From an uncultured Rubrobacteraceae bacterium (lineage in GTDB: Bacteria; Actinomycetota; Rubrobacteria; Rubrobacterales; Rubrobacteraceae), in NCBI GenBank assembly GCA_963830075.1, contig CAWHLD010000020.1, positions 1-64,000 of the forward strand: a stretch of DNA of 64,000 nt. The letters are read 5' to 3'. The notes beneath the pieces were generated by a model that searched no databases, had not been told where the DNA came from, and saw only the letters and a program-made list of their open reading frames with translations. Positions 1-8,540 of the stretch are shown in pieces. Each line of letters starts with the position of its first letter. Position 1 is the first letter of the stretch. Both the position numbers and the translations under genes were made by a program.

Positions 1-27
1 CTGCCCGCTCCTCGGGCGGCAAGCGGG

Positions 28-873
28 TTGCTGGAGGGGCTGGGATTCGTGGTGGCGATCACCCTCTTGCCCTTCCTGCTGCTGCTGTTCCCCACAGGGC
101 TGTTGCCGTCTCAGCGCTGGCGCCCCGTAGCGTGGATAGTCCTGGCGGCGGGGGCTACGGGGGTGACTCTCGGCCCCTTCTTGAGCGAGGACAGCGTCCT
201 CATCATCGCCGTGGTGATGATCCTCATTATCGGCAGCGGTCTCTCGGCACTCTCCCTTGTAGTCCGCTACCGTGGGGCAAGTGGGGTTGAACGCCAGCAG
301 CTCAAGTGGTTTGCGTTCGCTGCCGTTCTACTTGTTGCAGTCCCCATCGCCGACCTGCTCGGCCTCCACAGACTACTCGGCAATGGGTTGTTGTGGACCC
401 TACTCGACAACGTGACCCTGACAGGCCTCTATGTAGCCGTCGGCATAGCTATCCTTCGCTATCGCCTCTACGAGATAGACATTATCATCAACCGCACCCT
501 AGTCTACGGTACCCTCACGGCCGCGCTGATCGCCCTGTACTTCGGCGCCATCGTGGTGTTGCAGAGAGGGTTTGTCGTCTTTGCCGGGCAGCAGTCCACC
601 CTCGCGGTCGTGGCTTCAACCCTCCTGATCGCGGCCCTGTTCAACCCCCTGAGGAGGCGCATCCAGTCCTTCATCGATCGTCGGTTCTACAGGAGCAAGT
701 ACGACGCCCAGAAGACGCTGGAAAGCTTCGGAGCCCGACTGAGGCAAGAGACGGACCTGGACGATCTCGGTGCGGATCTCGTATCCGTGGTCAGGGAGAC
801 CATGCAGCCCGCGCATGTGGCGTTGTGGCTGCGGGAACCGTCCGGGTTGACGAAGCCGGAGGTGGGTAAGTGA
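28..873 (+). CDS. Polytopic membrane protein, paralog 1. Its C-terminal cytoplasmic module (RRRIQSFIDRRFYRSKYDA...ETMQPAHVALWLR) is shared with the downstream gene. The frame is open to the window start, so the gene may begin upstream.
   Basis: Long hydrophobic ORF, no in-frame stop before position 28, about 60-aa C-terminal block nearly identical to ORF 870-2096; 4-nt overlap (GTGATG) with next gene. Confidence 0.6.
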   Translation: MLEGLGFVVAITLLPFLLLLFPTGLLPSQRWRPVAWIVLAAGATGVTLGPFLSEDSVLIIAVVMILIIGSGLSALSLVVRYRGASGVERQQLKWFAFAAVLLVAVPIADLLGLHRLLGNGLLWTLLDNVTLTGLYVAVGIAILRYRLYEIDIIINRTLVYGTLTAALIALYFGAIVVLQRGFVVFAGQQSTLAVVASTLLIAALFNPLRRRIQSFIDRRFYRSKYDAQKTLESFGARLRQETDLDDLGADLVSVVRETMQPAHVALWLREPSGLTKPEVGK

Positions 874-2096
874 TGGCCCGTGGCTACCCATCCCGCCTCG
901 CCTGGACCCTGTGGGTACTCGCGCTCCTGCTGTTGCCCGGCGTGATTCTGCAGCTGTCTCTGAACTGGGTCGGGCCGACGGACTTCCCTTTCGCAATCGG
1001 GTTCATCGCGGTCCAGCTAGGTTGCGCGACCGCCGGCGCGATCATTAGCTCCAGACTTCCGGGGAACGCCGTTGGTTGGATCTTCCTGGCGATCGGAGTC
1101 CTGCTCGGGCTGTTGTTCGCCGCTGGCGCCTACGCCAAGCTGGCAGTCGACATGGGTTCTCCTCTGCCGGGTGGTTGGATCGCCGCCTGGATAGGCTCCT
1201 GGATCTTTATTCCGACGGCGTTCGGTCTTCCACTGTTCCTCCTCTTGCTCTTCCCGGATGGCCGCTTTATCTCGAAGCGCTGGCGGTTGGTGGGCTGGTT
1301 GCTAGGGCTCCTCGTGGTCTTCGCCGCCGCGTCGAAGGCCTTCGCGCCCGGACGGATTCCGCCCGGTATAGAGAACCCGCTAGCTCCTGGCGGCACAGCC
1401 GGGGACGTATTCGAAGTCCTGAGTCCCTTGACGGATGCCCTCGCTTTGCCCGCCTTCGCGCTGGCCGTCGCCGGACTCGCCGTCCGCTTGCGGAGATCCC
1501 GCGGCGTCGAACGCCAGCAACTCAAGTGGTTCACCTATTGCGCGGCTTTCGTGGGCACGGGCCTTGGCGCGGGGGTTTTTGTCTCCGGACCGGTCGGCGG
1601 TCTGGCGTTCCTCGTAGGGCTGCTGGCGCTGGCCGGGCTGCCGGTCGCGGCTGGCATCGCGATCCTGCGCTACCGCCTCTACGACATAGACGTGATCGTC
1701 AACCGCACCCTCGTCTACGGCTCGCTGACCCTCTCGCTGGTGGCGCTCTACATCGGCAGCGTGGTCTCCTTGCAGTACGTTTTCCGCACCCTGACCGGGG
1801 GAGGTTCGCAACTGGCTATCGTTGCTTCCACCCTGGTGATCGCGGCGCTTTTCAACTCCCTCAGGCGCCGCATCCAGGCCTTCATAGATAGGCGCTTCTA
1901 CCGCAGGAAGTATGACGCGAGAAAGACCCTCGAAGCCTTCTCCAGCAAACTACGAGAGGAGACGGACCTGGATGCCCTGAACGACGAACTGGTCAGGGTA
2001 ATTAGGGAGACGATGCAGCCGGCCCACGTCTCGTTGTGGCTGCGACCAGATCACGGTCCTAGGAGGGCCGGGGGTATCAGAGAACCGCGTGGCTAG
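870..2096 (+). CDS. Polytopic membrane protein, paralog 2, carrying the same conserved C-terminal module (RRRIQAFIDRRFYRRKYDA...ETMQPAHVSLWLR)
   Basis: 408-aa ORF with multiple TM-like hydrophobic stretches and C-terminal identity to the upstream ORF. Confidence 0.6.
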   Translation: MMARGYPSRLAWTLWVLALLLLPGVILQLSLNWVGPTDFPFAIGFIAVQLGCATAGAIISSRLPGNAVGWIFLAIGVLLGLLFAAGAYAKLAVDMGSPLPGGWIAAWIGSWIFIPTAFGLPLFLLLLFPDGRFISKRWRLVGWLLGLLVVFAAASKAFAPGRIPPGIENPLAPGGTAGDVFEVLSPLTDALALPAFALAVAGLAVRLRRSRGVERQQLKWFTYCAAFVGTGLGAGVFVSGPVGGLAFLVGLLALAGLPVAAGIAILRYRLYDIDVIVNRTLVYGSLTLSLVALYIGSVVSLQYVFRTLTGGGSQLAIVASTLVIAALFNSLRRRIQAFIDRRFYRRKYDARKTLEAFSSKLREETDLDALNDELVRVIRETMQPAHVSLWLRPDHGPRRAGGIREPRG

Positions 2097-2127
2097 AGTG
2101 CCACGCGCAGATTTGCTTCCCCGTCCG

Positions 2128-2215
2128 CCCCAATCGTTGCGCTAAACACCACGCTCGGCGTTGTCCCAACTTGCGTGGGCCCACCTGAAGGCGGTGGGAG
2201 CAACCTGCACCCGGA
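2128..2215 (+). repeat. Dispersed repeat family 1, copy A. Core is GGCGTTGTCCCAACTTGCGTGGGCCCACCTGAAGGCGGT, followed by a long-loop hairpin at 2192-2253.
   Basis: Near-identical core also at about 4105, 7725, 15005 and 16120, all in the same orientation. Confidence 0.7.
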
Positions 2216-2299
2216 AGTGCCTCCTTAGGGTCCCAGGGTAGTTGCTCCCACCGACATTCGTACGCAAGGCGTCCGATTCCCTGTGTTCAACACTCACCG

Positions 2300-2775
2300 C
2301 TAAACGTACCGACGAACCAACCTCCGGTACCTGAAGTACTCGTCTCCGAACACTCCCTCCAGGGTGCGCTCTTCTCGAAGCACCTCCCGGTGGGTGATCC
2401 CTCCCACCAGCAGAAGCGATAACAACATCCACGAGTTTCGTGTGATGAGCGCAGCTCCAAGATACAGCAAGGTCCAGCCGACGTACATCGGGTTGCGGCT
2501 TCTGGCGTAAGGCCCCGTCGAAACGAGTGCGGAGGGTCGCTCCAGGTTGGCATCGGAGGCGGCCCGCACCGCCCAGGCCGACAAAGCGACTCCGGCTCCC
2601 ACTAGGGTCCATCCGACGCCGCTATGCAGTCACCTGCTCCCGGGCAGTCTCCACGGGCGAGCGAGGTACAGTGCCGTGCTGAAGAGGATCCCGGCCACAT
2701 GTGGCTCGGGAAGCGGGACGTTGTCCCACCTCCACGAGGTTGTGGTCTCGTCCTTCGGTTCGCCGCTTCCGACCA
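2300..2775 (-). pseudogene. Isoprenylcysteine carboxyl methyltransferase / phospholipid methyltransferase-family protein (ICMT/PEMT-like) interrupted by an in-frame TGA at 2630-2632
   Basis: C-terminal part has the family motif LVSTGPYARSRNPMYVGWTLLYLG...EERTLEGVFGDEYFRYRR. The upstream ORF (..HVAGILFSTALYLARPWRLPGSR*) is in the same frame, 30 nt away, separated only by the TGA. Confidence 0.55.
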
Positions 2776-2835
2776 TCGTCAAGTCCCTCTCGGTTATGGG
2801 AGTTCTCGACGAGAGCCTAGCAAAGGCACCTACAT

Positions 2836-2890
2836 TGCGTTGTCCTAACCGGCGCCGGCCGAGGCGGGGTCGGTCGCGGCAACGGCGCCC
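2836..2890 (+). repeat. REP-like imperfect palindrome family 3, copy a (GCGTTGTC...CGGCCGAGGCGGGGTCGGTCGCGGCAACGGCGC)
   Basis: Related copies at 5053-5108 and 13017-13062 with the same arms (GCCGTTGTCG...CGACAACAGCGC). Confidence 0.55.
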
Positions 2891-3047
2891 GCCAACGCCG
2901 CGTATCCGAGCGGTGAGGGCTGGAACGTCTCGTGGGGTGTCGCGAGGTTTGACTTGGTAACGAAGACGGTCTGAGGGCAAACAGCTTGCGCCGATTTTGT
3001 CGGCGCTCTATCTTAGGACACGAGAGAGACGTATAAGGGAGAGTGAC

Positions 3048-3911
3048 ATGACACCGCCGGCCGAGATATCAGGGCAGCATGAAACGGCACGCCAGCAAAG
3101 TAGGTCTGCTTGGGGCGCTGTAGCTTCCGGCTGGTACGCTCAGCGCGAAGACATCTGGAAGGCCTCTCGTCCAGTCACAGAGTGGATGGTCCGAAGGCTC
3201 GAACCGCAGCCTGGGGACATAGTGCTCGAACTAGGAGCTGGCCTGGCCGACACCGGGCTCATGGCGGCGCCTCTGGTGGGCCAATCGGGACGTGTCATAG
3301 TTACGGATTTCACTCCCGAGATGGTCGCTGCGGCTCGCCGAAGGACGGAGGAGCTGGGCGTGCGGAACGCGGAGTTTAGGGTACTTGATGCCGAGCGAAT
3401 GGACCTCAAGACGGATAGTGTCGACGGCGTCCTCTGCCGCTGGGCCTACATGCTGATGATCGATCCCTCTTCGGCTTTCGCGGAAACCCGGCGCGTGCTG
3501 CGTCCTGGGGGTCGGCTAGCTTTCTCGGTCTGGACCGCCCGCGAACGCAACCCGGCTCTCTCGCTCGTGGGCGGGGTACTGGAGTCACAGGGGCATATCC
3601 CGCCCCCCGATCCCAAGGCGCCCACCGCCTTCGCCATGGCCGACCCGGGGCGCATCCGAGAGCTCGTGGTGGGTGCCGGCTTCGCAGAGCCCGAGATAGA
3701 GGAGATTGCCTTCCGTTGGCCTTTCGCCAATCAGGATGCCTACTGGCGCTATCTGACCGAGACGGCCGCGTCCACCTCGCCCGTGCTGCGGGCCCTTTCT
3801 CCCGAAGCGCAGAAAGCGGTTCGGGAGCAGGTGCAGGAAGCGGCTCGACCGTACCGAGCTGGCGAGGGCTACGACTTCCCGGCTGTATGCCTTAACACCG
3901 TGACGCACTAA
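3048..3911 (+). CDS. Class I SAM-dependent methyltransferase
   Basis: Motif I VLELGAGLADTG, acidic loop VTDFTPEM, motif post-I/II pattern; 288 aa. Confidence 0.75.
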   Translation: MTPPAEISGQHETARQQSRSAWGAVASGWYAQREDIWKASRPVTEWMVRRLEPQPGDIVLELGAGLADTGLMAAPLVGQSGRVIVTDFTPEMVAAARRRTEELGVRNAEFRVLDAERMDLKTDSVDGVLCRWAYMLMIDPSSAFAETRRVLRPGGRLAFSVWTARERNPALSLVGGVLESQGHIPPPDPKAPTAFAMADPGRIRELVVGAGFAEPEIEEIAFRWPFANQDAYWRYLTETAASTSPVLRALSPEAQKAVREQVQEAARPYRAGEGYDFPAVCLNTVTH

Positions 3912-4089
3912 ACCTGAGCAACTCTACAGGTTCGTGTACCGTTGTCCGTAGGTAGTCCGGTTCGCGTTATCTCACCGCGATTCGCCTCGGCTCCGTCTCC
4001 TCGCGGTGCTTTCCTCCTGACGGAATGTCGCTGCTAGCGGCTAGAGTGCAATGTCCATTTGCACCTCGCCGTTTGCCTCGACCACTGCT

Positions 4090-4160
4090 CGGAACGTCAC
4101 GCAAGGCGTTATTCCAGCTTGCGTGGGCCACCTGAATGCGGTAGAAGCGACACTCCTTCG
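4090..4160 (+). repeat. Dispersed repeat family 1, copy B
   Basis: GGAACGTCACGCAAGGCGTTATTCCAGCTTGCGTGGGCCACCTGAATGCGGTAGAAGCGA. Confidence 0.65.
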
Positions 4161-4409
4161 CCCTCTCTCTGTGTAGCAACAAGACAGGTACAAAGGGGTG
4201 GCGCTACCCTCGGAGTTTTGTTACCTTGATTGCAAATCCCCCGGTGGGGAGCATAGGGAAAGGAGGTTGTGCTTTGGGGCGCCACTTTGACGGTTCTGGT
4301 TTTGGTGGCAGACATGGAACTGAGGCCCTCGAACCCTAAAGTACTCTCGGTCACGCGCTTCTGAGAAAAGACCACCAACCGCATGGTATATCCGCGAAAG
4401 GAGCGAGAA

Positions 4410-4892
4410 ATGACGACCGAAAATGAGGATCTGTACCTACTCGATGACCCGGTCGCGCAGGAGCTGCTGCACTCCACCAACCTCGCGCGGCTCGCCTACG
4501 TCTGGCGCGACGGGACGCCCCGCGTGGTGCCGATCTGGTTCCACTGGGACGGCGAGGAAATCGTGCTCGGCTCCCCTCCTAACGCCCCGAAGGTGGGCGT
4601 GCTGCCCGACAACTCGAAGGTTGCACTGACCATCGATCGCGAGGAGTTCCCCTACCACGCGCTGCTCGTTCGGGGGACCGCCCGCGTCGAGACGGTAGAG
4701 GGGGTCACCCCCGAGTACGAGGCTTGCGCCGAGCGGTACTTCGGTGAGGAGCAGGGACGCGAATGGGTGGAGGGGGTGCGGCAGATGTCCTCGCACATGA
4801 CCCGCATCAGCGTTAATCCGGAATGGGTGAGCATCCTGGACTTTGAGACGCGCTTTCCCAGCGCCATAGCGGAGGCGATGTCGGGTCAGTGA
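4410..4892 (+). CDS. Pyridoxamine 5'-phosphate oxidase (PPOX) family protein, probably F420/FMN-binding split-barrel
   Basis: LARLAYVWRDGTPRVVPIWFHWDGEEIVLGSP...VALTID pattern typical of the PPOX class; RBS AAGGAG before ATG 4410. Confidence 0.65.
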   Translation: MTTENEDLYLLDDPVAQELLHSTNLARLAYVWRDGTPRVVPIWFHWDGEEIVLGSPPNAPKVGVLPDNSKVALTIDREEFPYHALLVRGTARVETVEGVTPEYEACAERYFGEEQGREWVEGVRQMSSHMTRISVNPEWVSILDFETRFPSAIAEAMSGQ

Positions 4893-5052
4893 CCTGGGAG
4901 GGGGTCTCGTAGCTGTTAGGGCAGCGTGCATAAGGTTCGCTCGCCGGGTGTTGCGTGCCCGGGCGAACTTTGCCCGTCTCCCTTATGCCGCATCTACGTG
5001 ATGAACCTCGCCTCCATCACACCCTTAGCATCCAGACTGATCTTGAAGGCCA

Positions 5053-5108
5053 GCGCCGTTGTCGTAATCGGCGTCGACCGAGGACGGGTCGGTCGCGACA
5101 ACAGCGCT
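5053..5108 (+). repeat. REP-like palindrome family 3, copy b
   Basis: GCCGTTGTCGTAATCGGCGTCGACCGAGGACGGGTCGGTCGCGACAACAGCGC; arms are reverse complements. Confidence 0.55.
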
Positions 5109-5304
5109 CGCTAGCGTCTAGGTTGCGCATCGTAAGGGCAGCCGATGACGGGCATTCCGCTGATGGTCCCCTCACACCGTCTAGGTCTCTTGACTTTACG
5201 CCTCCGGCGACTATCATAGTTGTAGCAAATGTTGCTTTTGGCCTCGCCTCGCCGGCCGCGGTCCCGAAGGAACTGTTGGCCACAACCCAACCATAGGAGT
5301 AACT

Positions 5305-5516
5305 TGAGCGTTTACACCATCTACAGAGAAACCCAATCTTCGGACGATCCTGCAACGCGCGAAAGGCATTATGCAGGATGGGCCGCTAACCAGGACGACG
5401 CGGTACTTCGTGCCAACGAACTCTACGAGGGAAGAGATAGCATAGAAGCGGTATTGGTGATCGGTAACGGCCCGACGGAAGTCGAAGTTATCTACCGGGT
5501 AGACGGCAAAAATTAA
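5305..5516 (+). CDS. Small hypothetical protein (about 70 aa) inside a locally AT-rich island; TTG start after AGGAG
   Basis: ORF SVYTIYRETQSSDDPATRERHYAGWAANQDDAVLRANELYEGRDSIEAVLVIGNGPTEVEVIYRVDGKN. GC and third-position GC are far below neighbouring genes, so coding status is uncertain. Confidence 0.25.
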
Positions 5517-5927
5517 GGCATCGCGGGCCATCTGTCCGAGTCGCTGGGCTCAGCAACTGCTGTTAGGCTTTTGGGCCCCGTAAATAGGTCGGGCGGTGTA
5601 GCCGTCGAAATCTTTCAGCCGGGCGGAGACGTTCTCGCGGAGCCTCTCGCGTGGCATGTCCAGGACGTGCTCTTCGTAGAGGTGATCCTATAGGACGTTC
5701 ACCAGGCCGCTCTCGTCAGCGGCTGTAAGCATCGGGTCGCATGACGGACACTTCACGTTTATGGGATCGGGCATGCTGGCCACCTTTCCAGTCCTCCTCA
5801 TATTACCCGCCTGGGCCAGCCGCCATGGGCGTACTAACGGAAAGTTAGTGTAGGGGCGTTCGCCTCCAGCTACACGGTAGCAACAACGACCCCGTCTGCG
5901 CCTCCGCTCTGCGCATCTCAAGTGAAA

Positions 5928-6275
5928 CTACTGGATCTCGGCTCGCCCTTTGCTAGTAAGGCGAACGTCGTCGCCTATGACCGTCATGTTCTCCTCGCGT
6001 CCGATGATCCGGCTGGTGCTACCCGGCATCGCGCCCCCGGCCCGATAAGGTCGACCCGGATCGACGAAGCCTTCGTCCACGAGATGCCCGAACAGCTCGT
6101 AGGATCGGTCTTCGCTCAAGCCGATCTCGTCGCCTATGCGGGCGACCTCGGTGTCGGGGTCTACCTCGTCCCATCTGCCCTCGCGTTCGTGGATAGCCCT
6201 GAGCATGGCTTTTCGCTGATCGTCAGTAGTGTCATGGGGCTCCACACTGTCCTCCTCCGCTCGTCCCGCGACCAA
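5928..6275 (-). CDS. Hypothetical acidic protein (115 aa)
   Basis: Uninterrupted ORF with genome-typical codon bias; no recognisable motif. Confidence 0.35.
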   Translation of the reverse strand: MVAGRAEEDSVEPHDTTDDQRKAMLRAIHEREGRWDEVDPDTEVARIGDEIGLSEDRSYELFGHLVDEGFVDPGRPYRAGGAMPGSTSRIIGREENMTVIGDDVRLTSKGRAEIQ

Positions 6276-6505
6276 CTCTGAGGTTACCAGACCACACCAT
6301 GATCTACCCTGCCAGAGATGCCGCGCTGGCCCGCCCCTGCCTCCCCGAGAACCTCGTGCCTACTGCGCGCCGCGTGTGGTCAAGAAAGCCGCCGCTGCGC
6401 TGGTAGATCACCAAGGGGTCGTTGGGCGTTGAACGGGTCAACGCCTAACGAAGGCCAGGTCTTGGTGCTGGTCTCGAGGCTGGGTATCGCCGCCGAGAGC
6501 ACCTA

Positions 6506-6814
6506 CTACGCGAAACCGGTTATGGCGACGAGGGAGGACTTGGGCTCGTCGCCCCCGGGCCATGTGCTGCTCGGGCTATCCGGGCTCTCGCTCTCCTCGC
6601 CCGGGTGTTGGATCGTCAGGAACAGCGTCCTGCCGTCGGGGGTGAAGGCAGGTCCGGTCAGCTCAGCCTGCACGGGCCCGCTGGCAAACTGGAACACGTC
6701 TCCTCCGGAGACCCCGCCGTCTATACCGGATGGCATCACGAACGCCCCGTTGTTCTTGAAGGTGGTGTAGATGCCCGCGTTCACCTTGTCTGAGGAGATG
6801 TCGTTCCTCAGCAA
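6506..6814 (-). pseudogene. C-terminal remnant (about 100 aa) of a PhoX/DUF839-family phosphatase
   Basis: FTPDGRTLFLTIQHPGE...STWPGG matches the conserved C-terminal block of PhoX-type alkaline phosphatases. In-frame stop lies immediately upstream, so the roughly 450-aa N-terminal part is absent. Confidence 0.5.
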
Positions 6815-6881
6815 CCCTTCACAACACTGTGCAACAATCGCAAGCGTTCAACTCACGTGTGCATGGGTGCAGGCTGCGTCT

Positions 6882-6902
6882 GGATTCATCGCCGATTCAT
6901 CG
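6882..6902 (+). promoter_or_regulatory. Direct repeat GGATTCATCGC-CGATTCATCGT (two 11-nt units): candidate OmpR/PhoB-type response-regulator (PHO-box-like) site
   Basis: Same tandem 11-nt units (GAATTCATCGG-CGATTCATCAA) recur at 25038-25058, upstream of a second locus that contains a paralogous gene. Confidence 0.35.
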
Positions 6903-6980
6903 TCATGTTCTAGAAGAGTGGAGCAAGGACTGCATCGGCTAAAATTTGGAGCTTACTGTCCAGAGATAGAGAGGTGGCTT

Positions 6981-7613
6981 GTGACCTACCTAATCGTAGG
7001 CGGTTGTCTCGTGATCGTCATCTTGTTGGCTGGACTGTTCTGGGCTGGAGCACGAACAGGTACAGTAGTCCAAGACCAGAAGACATGGCTGGACTATGGA
7101 AACTTCTTCATTGTGGCTTCGGGTCTTGCGTCAGTTCTCATCGGCTTCCTCATCATTTTGCGGGTCGCTCCCCCTGCTGATGAGACTCAAGCGCTCGGTT
7201 TTCTAACCGCACTCTTCGGAGCGATCGCGGGTCTAGTCGGCACTTACTTTGGTGTTAAGCAAAGCGCCGATGCAAGAGAGGGGGCGGAAAAACTGGCAAC
7301 CCTCTCCAGCAGTGCCGGTACCACGGCGCCAACTATCACGATTGATCCCCCGACTGCGACGGTGGACGTAAATCAGCCCCATTTGGTGACCGCGACTGTG
7401 ACTAGCGTTGACGGATCGCCAACGGCAAATGAGGACGTGGCTTTTGCGGTCACCGATGGACCAGACATGAATGTTACGGGTACGGAAACGACCGACGGGT
7501 TCGGTCGAGCCGTCTTCACGTTCACCAACAACGGCGGTGCGGGAACCGATACGGTCGAGGCAACTGCTATCGGGGGAAAAGGCACAGCCACAGTCAAATT
7601 CGAAGCACCTTGA
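6981..7613 (+). CDS. Small membrane protein (2 TM) with C-terminal bacterial Ig-like (Big_2-type) domain
   Basis: TM block LDYGNFFIVASGLASVLIGFLIIL...LFGAIAGLVGTYFGVKQSADA is paralogous to ORF 26821-27294. C-terminus TATVTSVDGSP...VEATAIGGKGTATV resembles Big_2. RBS GAGAGGTGG before GTG. Confidence 0.5.
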   Translation: MTYLIVGGCLVIVILLAGLFWAGARTGTVVQDQKTWLDYGNFFIVASGLASVLIGFLIILRVAPPADETQALGFLTALFGAIAGLVGTYFGVKQSADAREGAEKLATLSSSAGTTAPTITIDPPTATVDVNQPHLVTATVTSVDGSPTANEDVAFAVTDGPDMNVTGTETTDGFGRAVFTFTNNGGAGTDTVEATAIGGKGTATVKFEAP

Positions 7614-7667
7614 GATCAGCGTCCCTCGTCCCCGAGAGCCCCGTTTTCAGGACTGCTCGAGCGCTAT

Positions 7668-7775
7668 CTCCATTACCGACTCGTTGTGTGTCCCGACCAC
7701 CGCGCGAAACGCCACGCGAGACGTTGTCCCAACGTGCGTGGGCCCAGACGGAGGCGGTAGAAGCGATCCCCGCCG
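7668..7775 (+). repeat. Dispersed repeat family 1, copy C (CTCCATTACCGACTCG...GAAACGCCACGCGAGACGTTGTCCCAACGTGCGTGGGCCCAGACGGAGGCGGTAGAAGCGA)
   Basis: Shares both the 5' CTCCATTACCGAYTCG block with copy D and the core with copies A and B. Confidence 0.7.
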
Positions 7776-7900
7776 GCGCCTCCGCCGCACGAGAAGGGAA
7801 GCCGACGACATTTACGGCAAAGGCGGTCCCCGCTCTATGGTAAGCACTACGGGCAAGGGCGAGATTCGAAGTTCTCCGAACGTGTTAATCTTCTAGCAGC

Positions 7901-8161
7901 CTAGCTCGACAACTCCGCCGCCATCAGCGTCAGGCCGCCGTCGACGACGAACGAGGCGCCGGGGACTTGGTCGGCCCGCGCTTGCCTAATTGCACGATCC
8001 ACGAAGCGGCCTACCGAGGTCGCCACCCTGGCCCCTTCCCCGGAACCCACCTCGCCGTTGAAGGTGTAAAGGTGGGTGAAGACGTTGTGGTTGGCCGCGG
8101 TCCCGCTCTCGAAGCATATCCACCGGCTGCGGCTCTCGCTGTCGCCCATGTCCGCCACCAA
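7901..8161 (-). pseudogene. C-terminal remnant of a short-chain dehydrogenase/reductase (SDR)
   Basis: Ends with ..VGRFVDRA...PGASFVVDGGLTLMAA, typical of an SDR C-terminus. The N-terminal 40 aa are unrelated and the Rossmann TGxxxGxG region is absent. Confidence 0.4.
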
Positions 8162-8217
8162 TCCGGGTCAGCCGGGGCGAGTGGATCGTCCAGATTGGCC
8201 CACCTCTGTCATTCGAG

Positions 8218-8540
8218 TCACTCGGTAACGAAATGGTCGCTGGCGTGTATGTCGACTTGTCGCAGCCGCCCGGCGCCGGAGTTAACGAACTTGTGCGCCA
8301 CCCCGCCCGGCATCACAACGACCTGGCCGCCCGTCGCCTCGATAACGTCGTCCCCGGCGGCGAAGGTCGCGGAGCCCTCCTGCACCACAAAGACCTCCTC
8401 GTAAGGGTGCCTGTGCAGCCTCGGGCCGCCACCCGGCGGCGCGTCTACGACGATGACCGAGACGCTTGCGCCGAGGAGGTGCCCCTGGAACTCGCCGACC
8501 TCTTCCCCGCGCGCCGGGTCAGCTATGCCGAGGACGCGCG
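8218..8540 (-). CDS. Cupin-domain protein
   Basis: HRHPYEEVFVVQEGSATF...GQVVVMPGGVAHKFVN two-motif cupin signature. Start is uncertain; it overlaps the end of the upstream hydrolase. Confidence 0.6.

Noticed and set aside
300-2000. Numerous antisense or overlapping ORFs (for example 306-869, 616-996, 1076-1891, 1380-1811)
   Set aside because: These are typical spurious open frames in high-GC DNA opposite or overlapping strongly supported genes. They are Arg/Pro-rich, with no motifs.
2630-2632. In-frame TGA as selenocysteine or reassigned codon
   Set aside because: No SECIS-like structure is evident and ICMT-family enzymes are not selenoproteins. TGA and TAG terminate many intact neighbouring genes, so an alternative genetic code is implausible.
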